In this document: positions 1-15,000 of the stretch, one piece after another
How positions within the stretch are numbered: position 1 is the first letter of the stretch
Layout of the letters: every line of letters starts with the position of its first letter
Assembly (NCBI RefSeq): GCF_964355755.1
Contig: NC_092672.1
Coordinates: 33,424,437 to 33,488,436, forward strand
Direction: 5' to 3'
Origin: Antedon mediterranea
Lineage: Eukaryota > Animalia > Echinodermata
DNA length: 64,000 nucleotides
Made by a program: the position numbers and the translations under genes
The notes under the pieces: model-generated
What the model saw: only the letters and a program-made list of their open reading frames with translations
The model's database searches: none
Told to the model about the DNA's origin: nothing

Positions 1-3000
1 AGGTTGACGTTCGCGAAGAGTTCTGTTGAAAAAGAATAAGATTATTACTGCATGTATATTATACATCGCCCTGGATTATTTTATTTGGCAGCGCGGCTCT
101 CCTTTTTAAATAAAACTCGAACTCGGAGTGCTTCTAATGGGAACCTCCATGTACCAAGAGTGAAGCGTGAATGCTGTAGGTTCCTTTAGTTATTTGGCTC
201 CTAAATTGTATAATAAATATTATTAAATAATAATATAAAAAAAATGTTATATTTTTAATTATAGGCCTATATCATAAACTAAATTGTAGGCCTTTATTTT
301 AATATTTTGTATTGCTTATATTTGTAAATACTATATTGTAATGTAATTTATTTTCCATATATATTTTATTGGAATTGAAGAGGGCCCTGAATATCAACTA
401 TCAATTTGTCCAGCTGGAAGGGTTATCCTCTATAAAAATAAAAACAAAATTGTTTTACTATTTACATTGTTACTCAGAGTTGTAATTTTGTATGAACTTA
501 CTTAATTGAGAGGCTGGACACTATTGTCACCAGTAGGCACAATATCGACATCACACTTCCTACATACGTCACTATGTCCAAAATCAATTCAACATGTCCT
601 GACAAATTGTTATGAAACTGAAAAATCTCGAATATTTGAATGTTTATATCGATTTTTATTGGAGGCCCAAAATAATTGACTGAGAAATGAATGCATCAAT
701 TTCGTAAATAAGGAAATCAAAGTAAAAACTTACAAATAAAACTGCAAAATTTGTAAGATGTGTACAGTGGCATTCTATACTGCCCTCATCGTCTATATTG
801 ACTAGCATACACCCTTCTTCTGACCAATCACCAAAGCCGTTGAGAGTTGAGTTCCAAAACACACAGGTAGCATTTTGATTTGCATTAACCTGATCCAAAA
901 AATGAATAAAATTATTCCTTCGTTATGATTTTGATGTGATCCATTTGTCTTTGTAGATTCGATAGTCGATTTTTACGTTAGGTAGTGGTGGATAGACGTA
1001 AATGTAAATCCAAACTCGTCCGAGTCGTCGCTTGTTATTGCTCAAATGTCACAGATATCATAAAACGAGTTATATATAAAATGAACATTTTTGCTTTCTG
1101 AAAATGATAGTAGTCTACCTTAGGAGTATTGAAGACAATTTTAACAGGTTCTTCAAACACAGTTGGAAGGCTGTCGTCATACACAGTGGCTGATAGAATA
1201 ACACTCGATAATTTGAGATCTGGATAACTCGACGACTGGAACAATTTGGAATTGTAATATGATGTAAAACTCACATTGGACCACGCATTATCTGTTCAAA
1301 AAAAATTATGTGAAGCATTTTGCAGATTATAACACAATATTAATAATATGTTATTAATTATTATTTAATATAGGATATGCCTGTAATATCATGTAGAATT
1401 ATTACTACTATTACTATCGTAATTATTACATCAGAGGTAAAAAAGAATATTTTAAAGCGAAATCAAAAGAGAGCGGCTCGAATTGTTACTCAAATATTTG
1501 ATTTTATTAAGAGGTGATGGCTAACTTTTGAAGAGAGAAGATATTCCTAGTTACTCTAATTTATAAATGTGTTCACGGCCTTGCGCTAACGAGATTATTA
1601 AACGAAATTAGCTGATTGGCGTTATTCATACTCACTTGAAACGTGGAGTAGAACGCCTAAATATAACAATACAATTAGTAAGATGAACTCGTCGTTCAAA
1701 ATTGCAGGCGCAAAAATATGGAATAACCTGCCAACTGAAATTAAATTTTTCCCAACAATTGCTTCATTCAAAGCTAGATGCAGATCTTTCTTCTCACAAA
1801 CATATTTTTCCCTGATTTTAAATAAATAAATAAATCAATCAATTAGGACTATAATTATACAGTGGTACAACTGAATAATGCAATGTAGGCCTACATACCG
1901 TTTGTAACCAGATCACGTGGTAATGTGATAGACTGATGATGACTCCTACAACGACCATCAACACAAACCTGAGTCACTTTCTTATCTTCTTTCACCAGGA
2001 ATACAACATCGTGTCTAAGATTATCAGAGTCGAAACTTAAAATCTGCACAGACAGCGTTTCTTCATGTTGGGTATAATTCTGACCATCAGAGGCTGCTGT
2101 ACTAATTTGTTGTTCTACAGACTCAAGGATGACAGAGGTTGTCTCAGGAGGGAGATCATTGTCTGATGAATCAGATGAGAGCACTGCATCTACAGTACCA
2201 ACTACTGCACCAGTCACCTGTAAGAATAAACGTATTATTATACCAAGTTCTCAATGCTCCTAAAGGCTTTAGATTGAAATATTAAAAGTTATTTTGTATA
2301 GATGAGCTCATTTGGTTAATTTATAGATGGCGATTCGTAAAAAGAGAATATTGGTGACACATGTGACGTGGCCCGTCACACATACTCTAGTTTCAAACAA
2401 AAATCAAAACAATTTGGAGCAAACAAAAAATCTTTCGGTAGTCGAAAGTGTGCCTCATACTAACAAATACATTTACTTCGAAGAATAACACTGAAATAGC
2501 AAAAGCAATACATATCAATGAAATTAACATATAGGAATGAAAGACATAAACAAAACAACAACACAACACCAAGAGATGGGCTGCCATAAATCAGTATCTT
2601 GGACGACAACGCAGGTGAGTTGACCAATCACAAACGATCTATCGCATCGTGATCGGCCAAATGAAGTTTGGTTGCAACAGTAGAAAATTCAAAGCTTCTA
2701 TTGATTTATTTATTTAATTTATTATTCTTTTTCTTACATTTTCGTTTGTTGATTCAATATCAGTTATTGTTTCCAATGCTCCTGATACTTGTTGTATATC
2801 AGCAGGTTGAAGGTCACCAGAGTCTTCTGTTTTCTTTACTATTTCCTTAAGCTCAATAGCAACCTCTTCTACATTGTTTTCATCAACGCTCTAATAGTTA
2901 TTAAAATGATAATACTAGTTTTAAAAATGCCAAAATCAAGTGGGGACATTAGAGTAGGGAAAGGTATCTACAGATGTGTAGCTTAAACTCCAAACTATCA

Positions 3001-6000
3001 AAATGTGATGTGAAAATGTTGACATGATGACGTCATATCGTTTCATTTCGTTTATTTTCCACTCATTTCAATCAATCGTTCGATTTATATAGCGCCATTC
3101 CAACAGTCATTGCTCATGGCGCTGCCAAAAATATCAGAAAATGTTTTTAGTAGTGACTTAAAGGTGCTCAATAATGATGTTTGTTTAATATTCAGAGGTA
3201 GGTGGTTCTAGAAATGAATTTAAACAAACATACATCGCACTACCCTTATCATTGAGTATAACACTACAATATTTGGTCAAACTATTTTCATTTTATTTTT
3301 TCTGAGTGTTGTTGGATGAGTGTTCGGTGAGGTTTTTAATGTTTCATGTGACCCCTAACATGAAAGATCGTTAAAAAATGAAAAATCGATAATCCTACCT
3401 TGGTGAGATTTCTTATTTTTGTAGTTAGATTAGTTTCTATAATTAATAATAAAACAAAATATATGACAGATAAATAATATTAATTTGTCAAAACCAAATT
3501 ATGTACTCACGATTAATATTTTTTTTCTCAACACTTCGGAGACTTCGGAAAAGAAGATCGTCATTCTGACAAAGTCTCCCGGAGTGACGACGAAATATTA
3601 TTCGTGAGTACACAATTTGGTTTTGAAAAACTAATATTATTTCTCTGGATTTAAAACAAACCTGATGAATCTATTCTCTGAAAATATATGACTTTTAGAA
3701 GTTATTAATACTATTATCGTTATTTATTGGCATTAAATTTATTTTATTAAAAAACAATAATGTTTATTTCAACAATGTTTAGTTATACATTGGCATAAGA
3801 TACAGAAGGAAAGGAAAATTAAATTACAGAAGATTACATAATACAATATTTCTATGTGTTATCGTTTGAATATTATTCTGTTTATTCATTATTTTGTATT
3901 GGAATACAAAAATACAAGAAACCTTTTGTGGTCACTGATTCCGACAATGTAGTCACTGGTGAAAACGTTATTGGTTCTGTACTTGTTGTTACTGATGCTG
4001 ATGGTGAAAACGTTGTTGGTTCTGCACTTGTTGTTACTGGTGCTGATGGTTCAAGCGTTGATTGAAACGTTGGTAATGCATCTGTCGTATGTAATAAAGC
4101 GCGTTCATTATCACCATTAGATCCTTTTTTCGTTAGATATGGCTAATTCCAAATGAAAAGTCATGACTATCATTTTGCAAGTATGCAACCAGGTGTGTTA
4201 TAATATTATATATACTTACCAGTAGGGCTACATATGACACCGGCGTCTTCGCAAAGATCACAGTTGTGAAGTCCTATTCCATTATGATAGCAGTCACGAA
4301 GACGGGTCTCTAATCCACTACATCTAACATTATCCAGAATAATATCGCCACATCCCTGTCCAAACCAGGCATCTGTTATAGCAGCAAGTGCGCTACCAAA
4401 TCCTAGCTGACGACAAACAACGTTAGCATCATCAATGTCCCAATTATTATCACATACTCTACCAATCTTTCCATCGATAGTAACTTCAACACGACCTTCA
4501 AATTCATTTGATCCCCCAACAAGTCGAAGGGCACTTGTGTTGCCTATTAAAAAAACATAAATATAATTTCAGTGACATTGCAATAATTTACACACTAATG
4601 GCACCCAGAGAGTTGATCCCTCTCAAAATAACCAAATGGGCTCAGTTTTGAATACTTCAATACTTCTTATAATAAATTAAGAATAATTTTATTTTTTATT
4701 AATGAAATTGAGAAAGACCAACATACTTTATCATACAAACAATACAAACACCACATTTTGTAAAGTATAAACAACCATTTTTTTTATTATAGAAAAAATA
4801 TCAATGAAATTGTTATATCTAGTGCTGCATTTTGTCAATCGAATTTATTCAAAGTGAACTGAGACAGATAAACATAATGCTACTGAAATTTAAAAATGTG
4901 CGGCTTGACGGAATTTTATAACTGGCTTCGCGATTAAAGTACATTTTTATAGTAGGCCTTTTAGGCTAGGCCTAGGCGTTTTAGCTTTGCTAGGCCTACG
5001 ATTGTTTGGTTTGTTGACATAATTAACACTAAAGTAGATGTGTTTATAAAATCCATTTAAATATAATATTTAATATATTAAAAACCAAATGTTACTGTGA
5101 ATCAAATGTAGATCTTGGCTAGGCCTACTTTTTATTGGATTCAAATGACAGGAATCTAGTTAGTTTTAAAAACAAATAATTATATTATGAATGTTTTATA
5201 TTCATGAGGTGATGATTTTTTTTTATTTAGGCCTAATCGGTATAAAAAGACTCAAAATACAACTCATAGTTGAAATGAAGAGCTTACATATGAAAAGGAT
5301 AATTCACATAAAACAAAGTTAAACGAAGAAAAAACACATTAAGGCCTATGAAACAGTAATAATTACTGTATAATTCATTAAATTTAAAATTACTATAATA
5401 AATACACAAAGATCAAAAGATAAGAATAATAATTACAAATTCTTAAATATTTACAATTTAAAAAAATAGAGACTAATATTAATAATCACATTAAAATATA
5501 TGTAAAATTCATTAAACTAAAAAAACTATAAAAATTGCACAAAGTTCAAATTCAAAGGATGATATTAATAATGAAAGGTTATTTCAACGAGGCGAAGCCG
5601 AGTTAATATATCACCTTTCACCATTCACCAAATGTCATTATTTTTGTACTCATTACACTCATTACACTCAAACATTCATTATTTGTATATGTGATTCATG
5701 ACTGATTTGGCCTGCAACATTTTGAAAAAATATTTGATATTGGAACAAAAATTGAAATGTGTAAATTAATCAATATTCATTGTATAATTAAAAAATAATA
5801 AATTTGATTAAATAGAAAAGTAAACAAAAATGAAATAAACTGTGTTTGAAACCTGTTTCGAATAGAACCTCTTACTAGGAATCGAGGCATAATTCTATAG
5901 CGGCAAGCACCACTCTGCTCGGCGACCAAATCACCGCCTAGCCTAGGTCTAACAAAACAATCGTGTACCAGAAATCACAAGTATACAAGTAGTGTTTGTG

Positions 6001-9000
6001 TGGTTTCTTTTTTTTTGCTGCGCACTTTCATCAGTGTAGTGGTGCGCACTGGTGACTCGTTTTAGCGCGTCTGATAGGCTACATCCTTGGGGCCACATAA
6101 AAATTAAATTTAACTCTAAGGTTTTAATTATTTTACAAACGTAATCAGTAGATCCCCTCTTAAAATGGACCTGAAATAATATTTTTTTTCTCTCATTAGA
6201 ATGATGTTTTGGGGGCAATTAGGCTAGGTGTTAGTAGAAGGTATATTGTTACAAAATATAAATTCGCCATTTTTGGGTAAGCCTGCGGATATATTCCTAT
6301 CCCTCTAAAAGCGTTAGGGTTAGGGTTTGCAATTTATTGGCTATAACTTTTAACATCTATAGAGTATTTTCTAAAAAAAATGCGTGTGCTTTTGTAGAAG
6401 CGTATTTAAATTTTTTTTTTGTAGATTGAAACGGTTATTCATCGAGTAAATGACGATTTAAAATCTCAAAATCAACGATTTTTTATGACAATACTGACAT
6501 TAGTAAATTGAGTTAGATAATTAGTTATTGACAATTAAAATGAATTTAGGTTCAACGATTTGCCCCAAATAGGGGTGTTTTCCAATCGTGGTATACACTG
6601 TCTAATGGATGTCATTTTGAAAAATACTTGCACACAATCATTTTTTTTAATTTTTTTTTATTCGACTTCTCACTAACTCAGTTAGTGAAGGATCTGGACC
6701 AACAGGCGGTAAACACCTCTAAAACGGTCCATTCCCAATTTTCACAGTGGCTGTGTGTGACAGTGGCTGTGTTATGTGGACTATATACACCGGGGTAACC
6801 CCCTACTCGTCTAGAAAGATGTACTAGGTTCTTTAAAGTGCGCATGAGCTATGTGTACACTGGACCTACGGTTTATAGTCCTTATCCGAGAAGACTCGTT
6901 CTACCACCAGAACGATGGAGCGAGTGAGCCTCGAACCCTTGCCGATGGCTATGTAATTACGGTTCCACTGTCTTAACCGCTCGGCCACTCACTCACTCAA
7001 ATATTGTCAAAGTATTGCAATACTATATTTCAGTTTTAAGTTTATTCTCCAAGGGCCCATAATACTAGGATGGTTCGCATTTTCCTATCTCCTCCTACGA
7101 TAATTGTTTTTAATAGCTGAAAACCGGTTGACCAGCTCGAGTACAGTATCATAATGTTGAAGACTGGCCGATTTTCTTAAAAAAATACTATTTTGATAGA
7201 TTTAATATACGTTTATACAAATGTATTGATTTGCGATGAATGGAACATTCCAATCTCTCCCAGTTTGTTTGGTAAATTTATGAGCCCTTGGTTTAACACA
7301 AGTAGGTAGATTTATGGGCCCTTGGAGAATAAACTTAAAACTGAGATATAGTATTGCATACTTTAAATATATTGGAAATACTGTACGTATTAACCATTTT
7401 TGGTTGCCATTTGAATCAAAATTGTCTTACTGTGAATGTGGTTACTGTTTATATAAACACATATACAAAGAACATTTATTACTGTGACTGTGGGTAGTCT
7501 CTACTGCTGGAAATATAAAAACGTAATATACAAATAAAAACTTTATTACTGACAGTTGCTTCTCAACGTTTGTATTAATTAATAATTATAACAAATATAA
7601 ACTTCGTAGTGGTGTATCGTTACGTGTACTTTACTATTTCCACCGACTATAACAGGCACAGTTTTAAAAAGGTATTAAATCGTAAATGTTTTACTGTTTT
7701 TAGTGGTATATTATTGATAGGTCTATTAAACATTTAAATATTTCGTTACTGAGTGAATAAAGAATATATTTAATAATTGTTCTTCCCATCCTCTTCCCCA
7801 TCCTTCAGCTCTAATGTTATATACAAAACACAAATTGGGTTTATTTAAATGAATGAAAATAATAAATATAAAAAATAAATGATAAAAAATTTGGACTCAT
7901 TTTTAAGACAAGTTTCTCCTTCGGAAGTAGGCCTAATTCCCAGGGTGCTAACTTTAGTTGACTACATTAATCATCGTGTCTATTTGTTCGTTTCTGAAAA
8001 CGACAATGTATTTATAGTCCTGCGGCACGTACATTTGAAATCGCCAGTTTTTTTACGCTGATATTTCTGTGTATTCGAGAACATCTATAGACACGACCTA
8101 GATGGTACGCGAGCGAATGCCTCTCCTTCAACTAATTATGGTTCTGATTGGTCATGTACCATAAATAAATCGGGTATAGATAATTTTTACAACATTGAAT
8201 TACTCGTATGGTAGTACTTGGCTGTATACAAGATATGCATTTCTCGAATTTCAAATTGAAAAGAAAAATTACAGCAGAATCCCTTCCATCCATAATCGGA
8301 AATAAAAGAAAATATGTTCATTTAATACACCAAATGAAACATGCCCTATCTAATTAAAATAATAATATTATAATAATATTATATGGAACGATTTTTCAAA
8401 TGTATCTTTTTTAATATTAGGATCTCACATTTATGTTGGCCTCTTTCTGCGCTCTTGTATTTTTTTAACTAGTGTAATTTTGTTTTTTAGTTGTATGTTA
8501 TGTGAGTCCAGAAAAACATGAAAAACAAATAAACAAACTTTTTTCCCTACCTAATGAAGCAGAAAAGATGTTCGATAAAAACATGGCCAATTTGTATACT
8601 GAGTTACTGTAACTGATTTTTCCCTGATATTTTTCTTTTTTCATTGATTTATTGTATTTCATTTGTATGTTTTTAAATATTCATTTGTATGTGTTATTTG
8701 AAATTGCGAAAAAAAAACTGATGGAAAGAATTAACAATGGAGATAACTTTAATGGTTGAAAATAAAGTTCAAACACATAAAAATGTACTTACATGGTGTT
8801 TTAGAAGATTTAACAAATACCTCAGCCAGAAATCCGCGGTTAAAAGAGAACCGATCCAGATTCTTGTATGAAGCAAAAACGACACTTAGTGTGTTACTTA
8901 ATGTAGATATGGTTATTGGTGGTGTATAGTAACCAGTGAGACAGGCAATCACTTCTCCGTCGTCATTGTAAATAGTCACATAATTGTAGGGGGGATCAAG

Positions 9001-12000
9001 TTCAATATCATGGAATTTAACAGCAAGCAAGTTATCAACGTGTGTAGTAAATGTCCAGTTAGTGTGCACATTATTCCCATAGCAATGTGGATATCCAGGC
9101 GATGAAATATATTTGGTTTCATTACCAATGAGAAATGTTGTATGGTTCGGTTGGACTGAATCTACCGAAAAAATGAAGATATTTAAAGTATTATTAAAAT
9201 GGCAATTCAGATCAAATATCTGAATATGCAAATTTTCAGATACAAATACAAAATATTTTCGATATGCACAGACTACCATTTAGATTTGACGTACTTATGA
9301 CATGTTAAAGAAATATTAATATCGGCATATGGAAATAGGTTTACACAAAATATAGAGACGGATTAATACTTGAAAATTACTTCATCGTATTTCAATCACA
9401 ATCGTTTGACAAGATCGGTTTTCAAAGTTGGCTAGTGTAGGGAAGTTACAATAGCAAACTATAGTTGTAAACCAAAATCGACCGGCTTTGACAAGATAAG
9501 TTCTCAGAGATTGCTAGTATAGACAGTTGCACCAGGAAACTTTTGTTTGTAAACTTGGGAAAACTCAACCGAGTTTTAATAGATAAGTTTCCAAAGTTTG
9601 CTAAAAGTGTAAACCAGTTGTTTGCAAACTTTAGCAAACTCTGAGTTTGCCAGTGTATATTTCACATAATGATTGTATACCTATTCTATTCTATTCTATA
9701 CCTTCTGAGTACACATACACCTCAGCCAGAAATCCTTTATGATGAGGACACCGTTGATTTTCTTTTGATGTTAGAATAATAGTTACTACCGGTACGTTAC
9801 TTGTAGATAGTATGGTTTGTGGTAAGCAATGCATGTCAGTATAATTGTCATTCCTTTCTCCATCAGTGTATATAGTCACAAAATCTTCACCGGGCTCCAA
9901 ATCTAAATTGAACAATTTAACTGCGAGAATTCTACCGAGGTTTGCAGTAAATGTCCAGTGGACATACTGATTATCTCCATAGTAATTTGGATATCCAGGT
10001 GATGCAAAGGTATGCGTTTCATTATCAACGACAAATGTTGTAGAGTTCGGTTGTATAGAATATGCTGATAAAAAATAAAGACGCATTGATTAATAAAAAA
10101 AAAACATGGAAATTACTTCATCGTATTTCAATCGTAATCGTTTAAAGTTACCAAATCTCTACCTATAAAAAAATGAGGTTTTCTTTGCGGTTTTATCATG
10201 TAGATGTTGTATCCAATTTCTGGTCAAATTGAATAAGTAATACTTGACAATAGGCCTAAAGTGGAATGGTTTATGAAAATATTTCTGGCAATGAGGCAAT
10301 TGTAGTTTGGAAATCAATAGACACTGCATGAAAAGGTAACGTGTATGGTACTAAAAATGGAATTGAAACAAGCTTATCACCAATTATGTTTTTATTAATA
10401 TATTTAAGAAATTACCTGTGTCAAATGATCGACTCTAGGCGTAAGGATTACTGAAACTGGTTAGGATGTCTATTTTTTAGCAGATGATATTTTATTGCTT
10501 ACAAATGAAGAAAACGCTTATTTAGCCTCTTTTTGAAAAATACCGGAAATACAAACTTTGAGAAATCAAATATTTATACTTCAAATTAAAAACAATTTCC
10601 CTTCCTTCAATTGATTATGGTTCTGATTCATCATGTATAAATAAATCGGTAGTGCCTGGCTGGATACAACGCATTTCTCGAATTAAATATTTTGGTAATA
10701 TTTTATTGAAAATTACTTTCGCAGGCCAAAATTTCTTTTTTTAAACATTATTTTAAACTCCAATACTACGGCAATCGAGACAATTATTTAAGTTGGTTTC
10801 TGAGCTATTTGGAAAATAGAAAACAATTTGTTTCAACTAAATAATGTAAATCGTCGATTGAGGATATCACTTGTGGTTAATATCCTGCCAGTGAGAAGCT
10901 ACAAGTGACATCCTTCGCCGACGATACTACTTTATTTTACTCCTCTTCAAATGTTGACAATTTATTTACTACCATTAACCATGAATTGTTTAATTTTAAT
11001 GATTTATTTTCATTTTCATTTCATTTATTTCTATATCGTCATCACAGCCTTAGCTGAATTACAAAGATATTTACATATTCTCAATATTAACATTTGTATA
11101 AAAGTATAAAACCAATGGTAATTATATAAAAAAAGATGCAATAGACACCAAAAATACTATACAGGAAGATTATAAAAGTTTAGCTTAAAATAGTAAAATT
11201 AAAAAAAAACATCTGAAAAGACCAATAAGACTAACATAGACAATTAGAATAGTGAATAAAAGGAAACTAAAAACTGTTCTGCGCTGAATATTGGGTGATA
11301 CATAATAATTATTCATTTAGAAGCGAGGTAAGGTATGGTATTGCACTTTTTCTATATCTTTAAACTCTGCATTTGGGTTGTTGATACTTTACACGTCTTA
11401 GTTTCATGTTACTTACAATCAATCAATCAATCGTTCGATTTATATGGCGCCATTCCAACAGTCATTGCTCATGGCGCTGTAAACAAATCAGAAAAGGTGA
11501 GTTTTGAGTAGTGACTGAAAGTGACTCAATAATGATGTGTGTTTAATGTTCAAGGGTAGGTGGTTCCAGAGCCTAGGTCCAGCAACACTGAAAGTCCGAT
11601 CTCCCCAACTATGTTTGCTCCTTGGAATGTCCAGTAGCACCTGATGACTAGATCTTAGTTCTCGCTTTCCCTTCTTGACTGTCAACAATTCTGAGAGATA
11701 TTTTGGAGCACAACTATTTAGGCATCGGAACACCAGCAGCAGGATATTAAATTTAACACGTGACTCCATGGTTAGCCAATGTAACTATTTGAACAATGGT
11801 GTGACGTGATCATACTTCTTGGCACACATCACCAAGCGAGCTGACCAATTTTGCACCTTCTGGAGAGTCCGCAACTGCTTCTTTGGCAGACCATACCGCA
11901 GAGAATTTCCCATATCAAGCCGACTGGTAACAAAAGCATGTACAATCTGCTCTGTTGCACAATGGTTCAAGTAACGTCTGATCTTGGCGATGTTACATAA

Positions 12001-15000
12001 ATGGAAAATAGCAGATCGGCAGATTTTGTTGATATGTGATTCCATGATCATTTTACAATCAAGTTGTACACCAAGGTTACGAACTTCTGATGATGGATTG
12101 ACTAGTACGCCACCAATATGTAGGCCATCAAACCGGATCTTTTTTCTCTGCTGAACAGAACCAAATAGGATCACCTCGGTCTTTTTATCATTTAGCTTGA
12201 AGAAGTTGGAGCCCATCCATTTCCTAATCTCAGCAGTGCATGCTTCTAACCGTTTTACGGCGGACAGAAACTTGGTCTGGCAAGGCTTGACAGAAACGTA
12301 GATTTGTATATCATCTGAATAGAAATGATGACATAATCCGTGTCTTCGTATTATTTCAGCAACTGGGGCAACATAGATGGAAAACAGCTGTGGTCCAAGC
12401 ACCGAACCTTGTGGGACGCCACATATTAGAGGAAGGTCATCTGATGAAACATCACCAATGCAGACGGCCTGGGTTCTGTTCCTTAGATATGATGTGAACC
12501 AAGACAATGCTTGATCTCTTACCCCAATATCATGTGACAATCTATGAAGAAGCAGTGAGTGATCTACTGTGTCAAAAGCAGCCGGTAAGTCTAGTAAAAC
12601 TAGAATAACACGTTCTTGATTATCTATTGATGTCAAAACGTCATTCTGAACACGTAGAAGCGCTGTCTCCACACTGTGGTTAGCTTTGTATGCTGATTGG
12701 TAAGTTTCATGCAGGTTGTGATTGACATATACTTAGAGAGTCTAACTGCAACAACACGCTCAATAAGCTTCGAAACAAAGGATAAATTTGAAACCGGTAC
12801 ATGTGCTTTCTTTAAATTCTGTGGTACTGTGGATGTGATAAGTGAAAGATTAACGAATTTCATTAGCACTAGAACTATTACAGGAGCGCAATCCCTTAAA
12901 AGCAAAGTTGGAATAGGATCTAGCTCAAAAGACTTTATCGGGGATGCCTTGATCAATTTCTCGATCTCCTCATCTGTGGTTGGTTCAAGAATAGACAGTT
13001 GACAGCTTAAAGGAGCCCTTGTACTAAATGTATGCGCATCTTGGAGAACAGATTGAGAAAATCCTGATCGAATTTTAGTGATCTTTTCATTAAAAAACTC
13101 TGAGAAACGTTCAGCAAGAATACTGGTTGATTTACAGGTAGGTAAGGGTGTCTTATTTCCTCTATGCAGTAACGTGTTTACAATTTTGAATAATTGCTTC
13201 TGGTCGCCTACAGCATTATTTACTAGAGCTGAGTGATATTCCAACTTTGCAGTATGAATATGTGATCATACACATTGGCATTGATGTGTGTAAGCATGCC
13301 AATCAGTTTCAAGACCTGTCTTACGCCATTTCCTCTCCAGCTGCCTTCTTACTTTTTTCTGTTTTCGTATCTCATCAGTATACCATGGAGTTTGCGGTCG
13401 AACAGTCACCAGACGTGACTTAGTTGGAGCAAGTTTATCAATGATTGAACGCAATGTAGAGTTGTACATACATATAGCATCATCAATGTCACATGGAAGA
13501 GATACAGTCAGTGTTAGTGGTAGTAACTCGCTGACAACAGAGTCAGCACAACAAAGCAGATAGGCACACAACAGCCTACACAGCCTATGCTACAGAACAA
13601 TAACAGCTATACTGTATATACTGGTGAAATAAGTGTAATAAGCGTATAAATGCGATCAACACTGTGCTGCCAGAAGCCATTTTCCAAAATGAATACTTTT
13701 TGAACAATCCAGAGCAAACTTATAGCATAGATTACGCCTTCTATCAGATAAAGTGTCTAAAGAAAGATCCTTGAGTGCTTGGTCATAACATTATGTAGTC
13801 ATTACACAGTATTATTAGAGTCTATCATATCACTTTGTTTCTTAGTGAGACTAGAATGCCATACTGGGACATCATATTCAACACCTGATCTTATGTAACT
13901 CTTAAATACATCTAACAGATCATATTTCGGAAGATTGAACTTTCTTAATCTACACAATATATGCAGACGTCTGCTGGCTTTGGATACAACTTATTTAACA
14001 TTACGATCCCATTTGAGGGTATCCATAAACCTAGTAACTTAGTTTCATTAACGATTTCAATTGTAGCACTTCCAATCAAAAGGGGTTCATGTTCATATTG
14101 ATTTCTTTGGAAGTTAAAATACATAGTTTTACATTTAGTTGGGTTAAGTTTTAGTTTGTTTTCATTAGAACATACATTCAGTAAAGCAACATCATTCTGA
14201 ATTGAGGAAATTTCATCGTTTTTTACTACCTGCCCTATGCACAAATCATCTACATATTTCCAAGTTTTACATGGCGAGTCTTGCATGGCATCATTAATTA
14301 GAGCAAGAAAAATCATAGGCCCAAGGAGCGTGGCAGTTGAGGGACGCCACATGTTAGATTAACACTCAATGTGGATTTATAGCGTACTTGTTGGGTTCTG
14401 TTTGACAACAAGCTAATTATCCACGGTACAATTTCAGGTCTACAGCCAAGTGTTACTTATGTAAAAACTGCTATTGTGTGGTCAACACAATTGAATGCTT
14501 TACTAAAGTCAATTAAAACTAACTAACCAACAGATTCGGGAATGTTACTACCGTCATATAACACATTTAAAAGATCAACCAAATTATGGGTTGTTATCAA
14601 GATTTTTTTCGATATCTTTTAAGAGCCACTTTTTAATGAAGGCCTCAGCTACCTTAGCTTGGATACATGTAAGCGAGATTGGTCGAAATTTATCAACCAT
14701 TTTCTTTGGGGACCGGAGTAACAATAGCATCGTTCCACATAGTTGGAACATGACCCTCACTGAGGGAGGCATTTAAGATAGTAGTCATAGGGATGCTTAG
14801 TTTGCATGAAAAATCTCTTTAATCTGTTAGGCACATTATCATGGCCCGGGGACTTATTTACTTTAACTTTTCTTAATTGGTTTTACATTTCCCATTAATA
14901 CGGAGGAAGCTTACATAAATCAATACTAAGTCTGCTTTGGGAAGTTATAGCGAAATAGTTGTTTACAAAATTACTTATACCAGGATAGTCATTCTGCGGA

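Noticed and set aside
2393-2986. Hydrophobic ORFs 2393-2587, 2668-2850 and 2789-2986, with counterparts at 36392-36685 and 39395-39625
   Set aside because: Intronic or antisense to real aGPCR exons; similarity between copies reflects the gene duplication
6314-6325. TTAGGG telomeric repeat
   Set aside because: Only two copies; not an interstitial telomere array
6915-6998. Possible tRNA gene
   Set aside because: A and B boxes continue into a SINE body and A-tail; no convincing cloverleaf
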